A DNA stretch of 64,000 nt from Zootoca vivipara (Eukaryota): NCBI RefSeq assembly GCF_963506605.1, contig NC_083280.1, positions 24,118,001 through 24,182,000 of the forward strand, read 5' to 3'. Shown piece by piece: positions 12,122-24,250 of this stretch. Within the stretch, counting starts at the first letter, position 1. Every line of letters begins with the position of its first letter. Under the pieces are notes generated by a model that saw nothing but the letters and a program-made list of their open reading frames with translations, did not search any database and was not told the DNA's origin. The position numbers and the translations under genes were made by a program.

Positions 12122-13551
12122 CTTAGCATGATAACTAGGTCATATCCTTCTTCAACAAACTGGCACCCTCCAGATTTTCTGGACTACAACGCCCATCAAC
12201 CCTATCGTTTTGAATACTGTAAACTTTTTCATAATGCTTTTTATTTTTGCTTCAGAAACTTTTCACAATTCTGTGGACAAGCAACCAAAACAGGAGAGGA
12301 CTGCACCCCCGTTTCCACCCTTGCCTAGCCCTGCAGCCCTGCTCCTTTGTTCGGTAGATGCAGCCCTCAGTGCTGGTCACTGCATGTAATGAGCAAATGT
12401 AATGCAGTACTGTATTTTAATTTTCGACTTGGATGCACGGCCTCTGTTTTATTAGGGATGGCAATCCCGACAATTTTAACATTGCCCCCTGCTGCTTATT
12501 CACTGTAGCGCTCCATTGAAATTATTTCTGCTGCTGTTTATTCTTTCCTTGGAGCTTTGGAAAGCCAAGGAGCTGCTTGTTTTCTTACGAGGAGGCGGCT
12601 TAAAATACGCCTGTTCAGATTGCTTGCTGTGGCCTTTTAGCATGCCTTTGGGGATAATTCATGCCCAGGTAATACAAAAAACCCCTGCAGTCCTTAACAC
12701 AGGGCCCTCACCTCACCTCCATTTTCCTCATCTACTTAGTTTTGGATGAAAGTGAATGCTGTCAGGTGACTTGGAGGGCTTCAGTTTCACTTATTTATAC
12801 TTTGAGAGGCTTAAAAAAATCCTTAATTCTGACCGAGAGCAGAGCCTCATGTTATGGTACCTGCGCGTTGGTGGTGTTGTTATGCCACTTAGTTGCATTT
12901 TCAGTACACGCTAAACCTTTAAAACACATTTGAAGCACATGCTTTCCCTCAAAAAATTCTAGGCACTGTAGTTACCAGGAATTGGAACTCTGGTAGGGAA
13001 TAAGCTACACGTATTTATTTTGCTTTAACTTTTCTGTTAAGATGATACAGGGGCAGGAGTTGTGTTTTACCAGATGCACTGCGATTTGTGCGTCTGATGC
13101 CATGTCCAAGATGGGTACATACAGGCACCAAGGAGAAGGCTTGACTATGGCAAAATCATAGGTTTGTAATGACCAACACCAGCATACCTCACTCGTCTCA
13201 AAGCTGGCAAAATGGCTAAAAACAGTTGCAAAAGAATCTGTTGCAAATGTAAACGTAACATGCCGTGAGCTGGATCCAGAGCGGGTCCACTAACTCCTAG
13301 GGGTGGGTGGGGTGAATTCAGCCCCCTCAAAATCTGCTGGCACAGGGCTGGGCTCTGCGCTTGGCCTCCTCCCGGTGATGCAATGTTTCATGGGCATTGT
13401 GTGCATGATGTCACACGTGTGCAACACATGCTGGGCCCATGACATCACATGTGAGCGCTGTGCACCAGGAAACACCCCCCCTCCCCTATTGGGTACAAGA
13501 TGGCACCTCTGATCCAGAGTTACTCTCAGCAGAGTTCTGCTTGCTCTAGAG

Positions 13552-13687
13552 CAGGCATGTCAAACATGCAGCCCTCCAGATGTTTTGGCCTACAACTCCC
13601 ATGATCCCTAGCTAGCAGGACCAGTGGTTGGGGAAGATGGGAATTGTAGTCCAAAACATCTGGAGGGCCGCAGGTTTGACATGCCTG
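13552..13687. mobile_element. 136-bp palindromic hAT MITE
   Basis: caggcat...ccctccagatgttttgg...ccaaaacatctggagggc...atgcctg; TSD ctctagag. Confidence 0.85.
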
Positions 13688-13864
13688 CTCTAGAGGAAAG
13701 AGATGGGATTGTTGATTGTCACATCCTCCCACTCCTTGCTTCTCATGCTGCTTGTGGGGAGGATGTGACCCTCAGCCCTTTGGAGCAGCTTGTCAGGTAG
13801 CACAGGGGACAGCACAGGGAAAGAGAAATTGGCTAAAACAGCTTCCCCATCCCTTCTCCATTGG

Positions 13865-13968
13865 GGAAGTTTTTAATGTTTGATGTTTTATCATTTTTTA
13901 AATATTCTGTTGGGAGCCGCCCAGAGTGGCTGGGGAAACCCAGCCAGATGGGCGGGGTATAAATAATA

Positions 13969-14024
<56 letters not shown>
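13865..14024 (+). mobile_element. L2 LINE 3' tail with (TAT)n microsatellite
   Basis: Matches the 3' UTR of the L2 at 29645-30186 (gagccgcccagagtggctgggg...gatgggcggggtat); long TAT run; reverse copy near 31441-31552. Confidence 0.7.
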
Positions 14025-14025
<1 letters not shown>

Positions 14026-14212
14026 AGTCATACCTGGGTTTAAGTACGCTTTGGTTTGAGTACTTTCAGTTTAAGTACTCTGCGGACCCGTCTGGAATGG
14101 ATTAATCCACTTTCCATTACTTTCAATGGGAAAGTTCGCTTCAGGTTAAGTACGCTTCAGGTTAAGTACAGACTTCCGGAACCAATTGTGTACTTAAACC
14201 AAGGTACCACTG
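14025..14212. mobile_element. Tigger-type MITE
   Basis: TA|cagtcatacct ... aggtaccactg|TA; reverse-oriented copy of 5300-5487. Confidence 0.85.
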
Positions 14213-14627
14213 TATTATTAACTCCACATGATCTTGGTGCCTTTACATGAATGGAAAGAGCCCTTTTGTCCATGGAATGACCATGGATTGGATACAATAA
14301 AACAGACAAGAAGAAGGAAATAGCTGCAAAATAAGATTACAAGAATGGGAGCATTTCTCCATTAAGCAAATCTAAAATGGTGACATTTGGGGTGACATCC
14401 TTCCCCCCCCCCCCCACCAAAAAAAGAAAAAAATCAGATTCAGCCTTCTTTACCATGGGCTAGAACACTTCTCAGCTTTCTTCATTAACATAGGCTTGAT
14501 CCCTTTTCAGCCTAGCTACATTTCAGTCCTAAATAAAAAATAAAAAATCACACGCCTAATATTGAACTTTCCCGCAAGGCGATTGTCACCACTAATGTCT
14601 TCAAAATGTTCCGTTTCCTCTCTGCAG

Positions 14628-14726
14628 TTCGAAAAACACTATGGAGAAATCTGTGAGTTCTGTGGCAGCCCACTGAGAAATTATCCGTCATTTGAAAGTC
14701 TAGAACAAATAGCAGAATATGGAAAT
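14628..14726 (+). CDS. ERICH6: ERICH6 exon
   Basis: FEKHYGEICEFCGSPLR resembles human KCEFCGSDLR; ctgcag|...|gtaagt; phases 0/0. Confidence 0.9.
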
Positions 14727-14814
14727 GTAAGTAATGGGAAAATCATCCTAATGGCATCGCTACAAAGTCAAGGGTGACGTGGCCACGAGGTAACTGTAGG
14801 ATCTTTCCTTCCAG

Positions 14815-14972
14815 CTTTTCTGTTGCCAGAAATGCAGAGATCTTCACGAGTTCCTTGTCAATGAGAAAAAGCGCTATGCAAAGGAAGGAGTTCAGCTGAT
14901 TGATATCACCACTAAGCAGGTAGAAGGAACTGCGGAAGAGAGGAAAAAAGCCAGAGAAAGAGCTCGTCAAAG
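14815..14972 (+). CDS. ERICH6: ERICH6 exon
   Basis: LFCCQKCRDLHEFL...ERKKARERARQR resembles human SCC...DRLKAKEKALQR; phases 0/2. Confidence 0.85.
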
Positions 14973-15082
14973 GTATTGCAAGCTGGTTGGTGTACTTGCC
15001 ATTTTCGGGAACAATTTTGGTATCATTTGGGGCAAGCCAGCATTTCTGAAGTGTTTTGCAAGAAAGAGCGGGGTAATGATTA

Positions 15083-15549
15083 CAGTGGTACCTTGCTTCT
15101 CGAATGGCTTGGCTCCCACACAAATCGGCTCCCAAACACCGCAAACCTGGAAGTGTTCCGGTTTGCAAACGTTTATTGGAAGCCGGACGTCTAACGTGGC
15201 TTCCACGGCTTCTGATTGAGTGCAGGAAGCTCCTGCAGCCAATCGGAAGCTGCGCCTTGGTTTTTGAATGGTTTTGGGAGTCGAATGGACTCCCGCAATG
15301 AATTAAGTTTGAGAACCAAGGTACAGTGGTACCTCGATTTGCGTACTCAATCCGTTTCAAGGTGCCGTTCGCACCCCAAAAAGTACACAGCCCAAGAGGG
15401 GCTTCTGTGCACGTGCGAAGTGCGCAGAACACCTCTGTGCATACACGCGTGGCTGAACCTGGAAGTAAACACTTCCAGATCCGCCGCGTTCTTAAGCCGA
15501 AAGTACGCAACTCACAGCATACTCAACCCAAGGTATGACTGTACCACTG
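15083..15549. mobile_element. Tigger-type MITE with a second MITE (15324-15541) inserted in its right TIR
   Basis: Outer TA|cagtggtacctt...caaggTA[inner cagtggtacctc...aggtatgactg]TAccactg|TA. Confidence 0.8.
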
Positions 15550-15821
15550 TATATTGAGTTTTGAGCTTTCCTGCTAATTCAGGAGGTCTGGCCCTGAGTC
15601 ATAGGCTTTAGCCAATGGTTACACACAAACATGTGCAGTCAAATTCTCTGTTATAGAAAAAGATATTGTGAGCAAGACCAGGGTGATCTGCAGGAGAGGA
15701 GCATCTCTTCTGTTTCAGTGGCTAAAAGATCAGCTAGTCACCTTGCCAACCCTCCAAGAGCACCTGAAATCCAACGTTTAAGAAATTGGGAATTCATGCC
15801 ACGTATGTTTTGATTTTGCAG

Positions 15822-15913
15822 GCTGAAGGAGAAACAAATGGCCCAACAGTTTGTCCACCTCCCAAAAGAGAAAGAGAGAGAAAAGGACGTAGTTCCAACT
15901 CATGTCTTTGACT
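15822..15913 (+). CDS. ERICH6: ERICH6 exon
   Basis: LKEKQMAQQFVHLPKE resembles human KQEQRMARHF; ttgcag|...|gtgagt; phases 2/1. Confidence 0.85.
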
Positions 15914-16834
15914 GTGAGTTCTAATTTTTCTGCAAGTTATTATGGACAGTACTCCTGAGTGGGTGAAACCGTGAGAATGGCTCTTATAGAGCAGAGATTG
16001 AAAACTGGCACATATTCACTCTTACACTAGAATCTCGCCATGTCCCCAGCCAAACTCTTGATTCCCTGTTAATAGGGTTGCCTATGTGTGCAACAAAGAG
16101 TTGAAGAACAGGAGCTCCCTGTGCAGAGAGTGGTCTTGTACTGCTTCCTGTACAGAATGTCTTCCAGATTTCCCGGAGCTTGCCCCTGACTGCTATTGCC
16201 GTTATGTGTCAACAGGGGAGATGTGGTGATATCTCCAGTTATAGGGGGGCAATTTGATTCAATTATGATATGAAGAGCATAAATTATTTATAACAGGGGT
16301 AGGGAACCTTCAGAAGTTGTTGGACTCCATCTCCCATCAGCCTCAGCCAGCAGGGTCAGTGTGGAGGAGGATGGCACTTGTAGTTCAACAACATCTGGAG
16401 GGTCAGTTACCCATCCTTGAATTAAATGGTCTCTTGGGTCAGATCTAGCATGTTCCTACCAACACACCTAGATAAGAGACGTGCACTGTGTTTTTTTTAG
16501 CTCTCTGTTTTATTGTTTCAGGTTAGTAAACAGGTTCATTATTAAGACTCTTAATATAAACATCCGTTGTAATTTTTACCTTGGCTGCTAATCCAATTTG
16601 TGTTGCTGCTGTGTTTTGCTATAATTTCTTTATTCGTTTTTAACTTTGTTATGGTGGTTTTTAATTCCATATTGGGAGCCGCGCTAATAATTTGCATTGA
16701 AGAGCAGGCTATTAAAAACCCAAATGAAACAAAATAAATCTGAACTATATTGAAATTGCTTTTTGTCCTCCTTAGTTCAAGTTTATTGAATAACCTTTAT
16801 TGAACAACATTCTGTGCTGCTTCATGTTCCCTAG

Positions 16835-16998
16835 ATTCTCGGCAACTCAGCACCATTTCCTACTGCCTGTCCCAAATTGGACCTTCTATGTCAGGCTGGA
16901 CGAAGATGCCTCTCCAGGGAATTAAATTCCAAAGTCCCACGAGCCAAGAGGCTAGCTACAGCATCTCTAGCTGCGATTTCACTATTGCAGGTGGAAAG
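16835..16998 (+). CDS. ERICH6: ERICH6 exon
   Basis: YSRQLSTISYCLS...SCDFTIAGGK resembles human SKRLKTISYQLS...CCDSRIACGK; phases 1/0. Confidence 0.9.
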
Positions 16999-17724
16999 GT
17001 AAGTACCTGGATTCTCCTGCGCTGGAACCCCATTATTGGACCTCCTTCTGCTTCCAGGATAAAATCATTGGAGCATTCTGCATTTGACTATGGCAACAGC
17101 TGCACCACACATTTAAAGTACCATAATACCACTTTAACAGTAATAGCTCCCCCCCCCCCCCGCCGCCCACCAGACATCCTGGAGACTGTCCTTTGTTAAG
17201 GGTGATGAGACACTCCCACACACACATTTTCCCTCCCAGAGCGACAATTCCCAGAGTGATTTAACCACCAGACCCTCTTCCTATGGAACTCTGGGATTTG
17301 TAGTTCTATTAGGGATGCTGGAGCAGCAGACTTCCTGCATTGGACTTTAGCTGCCGGCAGAATGCTGCCTTGAATGTTTGCCTATGTAACATCCAACCTG
17401 GTTGCCTTGGAGGACTGGCTTGCAACCGCTTGTCTGAGATCTTGCACTCTGGTCCCTCCATTCCCAGAACTGTCAACTATTAACCGTCACTTGGCTACAG
17501 GATCGCTGAGCTGGGAGGCAGCAGGTCTCACTAGAAACTCAACTTGTAGAAGGAGAAAACTGGGAAGGGACAATTCAGTTGGGCAGCATAGCTTTTGGTT
17601 ACCTAATCCCACCACCCTTTTTGTGTAGTGACCCTTTTTTCAGTGCCCCCCCTTTTGTATACCAATTCTCCTGAAAACAAAATATCATTTTAAAGTACAT
17701 GTCTTGTTTTCCTTTCATGTGCAG

Positions 17725-17810
17725 TTGCTGAAAAACCAGTTCTTCCAGCAATACTACAAAAACGGTGTGAAGTTTCTTACCATGTTTCCAGATGGAAGTG
17801 CACAAATATT
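17725..17810 (+). CDS. ERICH6: ERICH6 exon (FAM194 domain) preceding a U12-type intron
   Basis: YYKNGVKFLTMFPDGSAQI resembles human HYKHGSKFLTSFPDGTTQI; donor |GTATCCTTTT; phases 0/2. Confidence 0.9.
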
Positions 17811-17883
17811 GTATCCTTTTTGTGGTTTTGGGTTTTTTTTTGGACTCGTGGCGATATCTGAGGCACATCTTTACAGTATTAAG

Positions 17884-18019
17884 CAGGCATCCCCAAACTT
17901 TAGCCCTCCAGATGTTTTGGACTACAATTCCCATCTTCACAGACCACTGGTCCTGTTAGCTAGGGACCATGGGAGTTGTAGGCCAAAACATCTGGAGGGC
18001 CGCAGTTTGGGGATGCCTG
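17884..18019. mobile_element. 136-bp palindromic hAT MITE
   Basis: Same family as 13552-13687; TSD gtattaag. Confidence 0.85.
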
Positions 18020-18273
18020 GTATTAAGGGTATAATTCAGCCAAAGCTAAGCACATTTTAAGTCCCATCAATTTCATTGGGAAAAGGTTAAGAACTCAACT
18101 CAAATTCAACTATGCATGTAACTTTACCTTACCTTTTAACCACCCTGTCACAGTCACAGTCAATAATGTAGTAAAGAGGGTGGTTGTTTCCCATTTCTAT
18201 CTATGCTTGTACGTGAGGAGCAGATACCTGTCCTCCTTAGTAATATTGTGAATGTTGGACGAAGGGATTAATG

Positions 18274-18409
18274 CAGGCGCCCCCCAATTTTGGCCCTCCA
18301 GATGTTTTGGACTATAATTTCCATCTTCCCCAACCACTGGTCCTGTTAGCTAGGAATCATGGGAGTTGTAGACCAAAACATCTGGAGGGCCGCAGTTTGG
18401 GGATGCCTG
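18274..18409. mobile_element. 136-bp palindromic hAT MITE
   Basis: Same family; TSD gattaatg/gattagtg. Confidence 0.85.
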
Positions 18410-19968
18410 GATTAGTGCTTTACAAAGCTATGAGGAAGTGGTCTTTGTGCCTGCAAATTTCAGGGCTGCTATACTGCTTTGTTCCCAATCAATGCATGTC
18501 CCATAACTTCCCCCTGAAATCCTGTAACTTCTTATACCACAAATGTTACGGGGTGTTTTTGTCCCGCTTTGCTTGGGCTGTAGTGCGGGAGTCATGCCCC
18601 TGCTGATGGCAGTAATGCAATAACATTGGAGAAATATTACAAAACTAATAAAACAGAATATGTGGATGTTCCCGTATAAACACACCGCTATTACTGCACC
18701 AGTGATGCGTTGCAGAATGCACCTTCGGAAGATCACCGGTCTGGAGGGGCCCCAAGTGTCCACTGATGTTGGGACTTGGAAAAGAGCAGCTAGTACCAGG
18801 TTATTAGTAAGCTATTAACTATGCAATCCTAAAGCCATCTAGGGCAGTGGTTCTCAAAGGGTGTGGTGTGCTCCTGGCACTGGGGTGGCAGGAAGATTCA
18901 AGGAATCAAATCAAAGAAATCATTTAAATATTTCAGTGCAGTGCAGTGCAGTGCAGTATAGTATCAAAATAATGTTTTTATTTCCAGAATATGGATAGAT
19001 ATTCAAGAGCACTGGTTATTCTCCAGTTCTCCAGAATCTATTGTGAACAAGGATTTTCAACTAATATGAAAGATCAGAAAAGAGAAAGACTTCTTTGTGT
19101 TGATGAGATGAGAGTTTGTTTGTCTAAGAAGCAAGCTCACACTTCTCATTGAGTTTGTATGCCTACTTAATGTAAAAGGCTTGCTTATAATTATATTTGG
19201 GGAACGACCCATGTTCTTATGTAGCTGCATCCTTTTATACTTTCTGGACGTTCCATGATCATATTATAAAGATGTTGTGTTCTGTGTTATACATCAGGCA
19301 CCACAAAGAGTCGTTTCTTTTTGTTATGCAATGTATTTCTTTTCAGTTAGAAAATCAGCGAGCAAATTTTTATTCTGAATGTGTAGCCCAGAGAAAAAAG
19401 TTGGAGAACCTCTGCGCTAGGAGTAAGCTACACTGAATTAAGTGGAATTTAACTTCTCAGAAGATGTGTATAGAGTTGCACTGCAAATACTTTAAAGGCT
19501 ATTAATGGTTCATAACTGAGTCTGGGGGGAAATAGGTGACCGTGCTACTAGATAAAGATGGAACAGATAAAAAGTAGCATGTTCCAAACTCCAAGCCTGG
19601 CAGCCACATTTTCGACCAGTTGAAGGATTTTCCTAGGAGCTACTATTTCGCTTTTTCTGTTAAAGGTGGTGGGTTTTTGCCGCAATCTTAGCCACTCTGT
19701 TTTGCTATCACACAACCCTGGAAGAGGTAGTGACAGTGTTTGTTTGGGTTTGTTTTTATTGAAGATTTTATTGGGTTACAGAAGTACACACAGTGTTTCT
19801 GGTGTTTGTTGTGATATGGGTGCAAAAGCATAGCAGAAAGTAGGACTAAATCGTTCAGAAGTGGTAGCAAAGAACACAAACGCACACAAAGAACTAATCA
19901 GTTGAAGCCACGCACACGCCTTGATAACACGACGTTAATGGGCCCGTTGGAACCTTATCTACATACAG

Positions 19969-20127
19969 CTATCCCTCTGGAAATCTGGCGATTATCATTG
20001 TACAAAGGAATGAGGGCACAGGCTACGTTGCCATAGTACAAGATGACAAGCCTGAGAATGCAGAAATCCAAGCGGTGTTCGATTCCTGTGGCAATGGGAC
20101 TTGCTATCATTCAACTGGAAATGTGTG
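19969..20127 (+). CDS. ERICH6: ERICH6 exon
   Basis: YPSGNLAIIIV...IVQDD...CYHSTGNVW resembles human YPSGNLAIIRV...CYHPNGNVW; phases 2/2. Confidence 0.92.
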
Positions 20128-20962
20128 GTACGTTCAGTTCAATCAGGTTCGGTCTTGTTGTTTTACGTTTAGGTTGTAAAATGTATACCTGTGTTTTGTA
20201 CTTAATTTGAAGGGTGGTCAGGACCTCGTTTTCTAATTCAAAAACATATGCAGTGTCCTTTGTTAACCAAATGGCAAATAAATAATACTTGAGGTTACTG
20301 GTGAAGGTAAAAGTTCCAACTGAACATTAAAAATGGATTTCCCGCCAAGAAAACCGCAAGAATTGGAAATTTGAGAGCCATTTCGAAAGCTTCATGTTTG
20401 TTCCCAAAATAGTCACATGTGTTTCGGCCCTGCTGTGGGAAAGGGAAGTTATAAGACAGAATGGCATTTTAGCTCCTGTGCTGTGGCTTCCTTTCAGCAG
20501 AGGCAAGCTGGCAGAATTAGCAGTAAGAGGGAGAGGTTAGCAGCATCTGAATGCCAGTCAGGGATGGAGAAGTAAGCTGGGTGCAAAAGCAGCCTGACAA
20601 GATGATGTTCAGCACATGAGGTTTGTCTCATCGCAACAACACTGTGCTAGGAGAAACGGCATCCTCTGAACTTGCTGAGCTCAGGGGTATTAAAAACCCC
20701 AGAAACCAAATTTGTAGTTCTGCCTCCTGATGAAAGAAATTCTAAGTGAGAAATTGTATGGGTTTTAATCAGTCTGTCAGCTCATTAAATACGTTTACAT
20801 TTTCCTGTAAGTAAAATCAACCTTTTTTTAAAAAAAGAAGACACATTCCTTGTGTTCGCATTGACGAATGCCTATGCCACAGCAGCCATATTAGAAATGA
20901 TATTCCCTCCTATGTCAAAAGAGAAGGAACAACTCTTCTGAGATGGTGTCTGTGTCAAATTA

Positions 20963-21150
20963 CAGTCATACCTCGGTTTAAGTACGCCTCAATTTGAGTA
21001 TTTTCAGTTTAAGTACTCCGCGGACCTGTCTGGAACGGATTAATCCACTTTCCATTACTTTCAGTGGGAAAGTTCGCTTCAGGTTAAGTACACTTCAGGT
21101 TAAGTATAGACTTCCAGAACCAATTGTGTTTGTAAACCGAGGTACCACTG
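20963..21150. mobile_element. Tigger-type MITE
   Basis: TA|cagtcatacctc ... gaggtaccactg|TA; third copy of the 188-bp family. Confidence 0.85.
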
Positions 21151-21486
21151 TAATCGGGGGCAGCTTGTTAGCCAATGAAAGGGTTTTTAATGGAATAATT
21201 AGTTAAATACTACCCTATTTGTCTAGCAATGGAGATGATGATCCTAAGAGTTGGGTGGGGTAACTCTGTTAACAGGCAGGCTGATCTTTAATGAGGCAAG
21301 TGACCTGGCTATTGTTGATCTGAACTTGGAGCTTACCCTTGTACCTTCGCTATTTCCCCCCTATTTTATTTGACGATATCTGGATGTGAAGATGTTTTCA
21401 GCCAAGGGCTTGGGCTGTATAGCCAGGTTTCCCCCCACCCCCTTCCCGATTGGAGGCCCTCTCAAGTTGTTATTTTCCACATTTAG

Positions 21487-21718
21487 GATAAATGTTACGA
21501 TTCGAGGAGGACATTATTCGGATGAAGTTGGCAACAAAGTGAAAACGTGGATCTGGCCCAACAATTTGCAGAAGTGCGTCTCGAGAGCACCATTTAAGCC
21601 AGTCTTTCTATCCTTGAACCAGAATGTTGGTGTCAGGATAGTTGAGCAAGACAGAGTAGCCATTTCTTTCCTTGCAAGTGGAAAACAGGCAAAAATCAAC
21701 ATAGGAGCAAAAGTAAAG
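21487..21718 (+). CDS. ERICH6: ERICH6 exon
   Basis: GGHYSDEVGN...FKPVFLSLNQNVGVRIVEQD...GAKVK resembles human GGQYSDQAGN...[20 protein letters not shown]; phases 2/0. Confidence 0.92.
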
Positions 21719-23158
21719 GTACTTTATTTCAGAGTTACTATGGGGGAGGGTGGGAATGTTTTGGGGAAAATACAGAAAACGTTTTTCAAAAAAGGAATGC
21801 AGCAGTTTGCTTTGAACTTGCAGAGCTACTTGAAAAGCAAAGTTAAATCGGCCAAAGACTGACACATAGTTTATCTGGTCTGTACAAGACAATGCCTATA
21901 GTTCAGCATCACTTGACCAAATAAACCAAAATGTCAGTCAGATGGAAGTTAGGGTTCCCCCCCTCTAGTGAACAAAAAGAGGGAAACAATTTATAATTTC
22001 AAAAAGATTTACGAAAGCATTTACAGAGATGAATTTGTATAACCAAGAATTCAGGTTGAGACTAAAATGATGTGGCTTATAGGATAAGTTAAGAAAAAAG
22101 CAGACTGAGAACAGGCCAAGAAAGAATATGATTTATATAAAACCTTTGAGTTAAAAATCTAGTAGGTAGAACACTCTTCAGCCATGAAGTTTAAAAGTTG
22201 CTTATGTAATCTGATCCAGATTATAAACGTGCCCATAACTGTTCTTGAACTCCTCTCAAGCGCACATTGCTTAGCAATATAGTTCCATACATTAAATTTC
22301 AGCAAATTTGAAAATGAGAGCAGGAACTGCATGCTTTCTTTTTAACAGGGAGTGCAGGAAATAGCAGTTTTAAGAGAATAAAAGGACATCCACCCAAGTT
22401 CTATTCAGAGTAGATCCACTGAAATTAATGGACCTAAGTTAGCCATTCCCATTAATTTCAATGGGTCTACTATGAGCAGGAATAATATTGGACATATTAG
22501 CAAATGTTAGAGACTCCTGCCCTTCTTGAGGTTTCAGCAAATGTGGTGCCCATGTGCGTGCGAAGGGGGAAGTTTCTGAATACCAATCTGACTTTGAGTT
22601 GGTTTTATGCCTTTTGCCATTTCTGCAGTTTTAATGAGGTTGAATTAAAATAGGGTTAGTGGTTTTTTGTTTGTTTTTTAAGGAGCGTTAAAAAAAACAG
22701 GCTCTCAAGAAGGTAGAAATTAGTGCTCTTTGAACTCCTCAGTCCTTTTCCAATTTGTTTTTGGCTGGGAAGAATGAGAGGGAAATTAAAGTGAACCAAC
22801 AATGCCAACTCCAGGGCTGGCATAGTTAACCCCTGGTCTGAGGGCGTGCCAGGGAATGGGGAAGCACCCTCTTTTTAGCCTTGCCAACATCAGCAAGGTC
22901 TGCCCATCAGTAAATTCTAGGTAAGAAGAGGGAATCTGGTCCTTGCCTCACTTCACGCTCAGAGAGAAGTAAGACTACAATGTTGGTCAGTTTTCTCTCA
23001 CGGTAATACGATTTAATTTCCCTTTATTTCTCTTGATTTAAAACAATACTCACGGTTAGGTTTCCTTCCCTGTGCGACCTTTCTGACTTTCTGCAAGCGA
23101 GAACTGCCATGTGACTTGGGAACTACATTAACTCCTTGCTTTTTTGCTTCCTTAAAAG

Positions 23159-23419
23159 CCGCTTGCTGACCATCACCCGTGGCCGAAGTTTGTGTCTGAA
23201 GATGACCTCTTCCTGTTTGCCTGCCGAATAAAGATTCTCCGCATCTTTGCTAAACTGCAAGGGTGTTTAGATTTTCCTAACAATGACTGGTGGGCTAAGC
23301 TCCAGCTGCCTTCGTTTCTTTTCACTAAGGCTTTGAGGTTAATGAACCTTTGTAAGGAATGTGAAGTAAGTTCTGCTCTGGACACCTTAATCATGGAAAC
23401 ATTAAATTCACCAACCTGA
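23159..23419 (+). CDS. ERICH6: ERICH6 last coding exon (TGA 23417-23419)
   Basis: VSEDDLFLFACRIKILRIFAKLQGCLDFP resembles human [29 protein letters not shown]; the 12 exons total 1567 nt in one open frame. Confidence 0.9.
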   Translation, partial: PLADHHPWPKFVSEDDLFLFACRIKILRIFAKLQGCLDFPNNDWWAKLQLPSFLFTKALRLMNLCKECEVSSALDTLIMETLNSPT

Positions 23420-23815
23420 TCGTGATTATGTTATATAAAGTTACTTGTTTCATTGTTCGAAGGAATATTTACTGTTTTGTTGAATTCTACAAGTATCGGA
23501 AAACAGATCTCAGGATTCATTTAATAACAGTTCCATTTGTGCTGGTCACATAACATGCAGTACCTTCTTGTGCTATACAGCAGAAAAGGGGGACGCGGAG
23601 CCTACTTTAGGCAGGAAGTTAAATTAGATTGGCATTTTAGTACCACCCAACTCTATGATTTAGGTGCTGTTATGGTTCTGAGCCTAGACTCTAATTGAGG
23701 AATTGATCTTAGACAGGTGCACTCCCGAGACAGACAGATGCAACTGTAATGGTCCTGGCAGCATGGGTTGGATCTTTTTCTAGGTTTACAACTTCTGAAG
23801 AGCCAAAAGTTCCTC

Positions 23816-23905
23816 CATAGCTGCCAAGTTATCCCTTTTTTAAAGGGATTTTCCCTTATGCTGAATAGGTTTCTTCGCGAGAAAAGGGAAAACTTGGCAG
23901 CTATG
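23816..23905. mobile_element. 90-bp hAT MITE in the putative ERICH6 3' UTR
   Basis: Perfect 15-bp TIR CATAGCTGCCAAGTT/AACTTGGCAGCTATG; TSD agttcctc/agttactc. Confidence 0.75.
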
Positions 23906-24168
23906 AGTTACTCACATCTGATCTGCAGCAGGAGTTGATTCCCATCATATATTACTTTGTACGGTGGCCTTTCACAAGCAGTTGAAGAATGTAACAATAC
24001 TAGAAACCAACTGCTTATGGGCTATGCCTGTCAAGTTTCCCTGAACAGCTGAATGGCCACTAATTTCTGTTCTCCGTCTTTTTAGAAAACAGGCAGCAAG
24101 TCAATGGAAGCAACAGCTATATGGGATGTCCTCCCAAGAGCAGGGGAGGGGGTTAAGTTTAACAATGT

Positions 24169-24250
24169 AATAAATAACAATGTAATACAGCAATAAGGGT
24201 GGGAGAAGAACGTAAAGGCTGGAGAGAGATTTGGGTTTTTATTGTTTATT
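24169..24250. terminator. Facing polyadenylation signals: AATAAA (+) 24169-24174; AATAAA (-) 24238-24243 and 24245-24250
   Basis: Hexamers read directly; assignment to ERICH6 (+) and the GPCR (-) is inferred from position. Confidence 0.4.

Larger units (their letters stand above)
17811..19968 (+). other. ERICH6: U12-type (minor spliceosome) GT-AG intron of ERICH6
   Basis: 5' site GTATCCTTT matches the U12 consensus; CCTTA branch-like motif at 19953-19957, about 11 nt before CAG; no polypyrimidine tract; splicing restores QIF-YPSGNLA. Confidence 0.75.

Noticed and set aside
13274-13519. Segment flanked by atccagag direct repeats, a possible hAT element
   Set aside because: No convincing pair of terminal inverted repeats, so boundaries cannot be supported.
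14743-15510. 255-aa minus-strand ORF
   Set aside because: Spans nested MITEs and the antisense of an ERICH6 exon; non-ATG start and no protein features.
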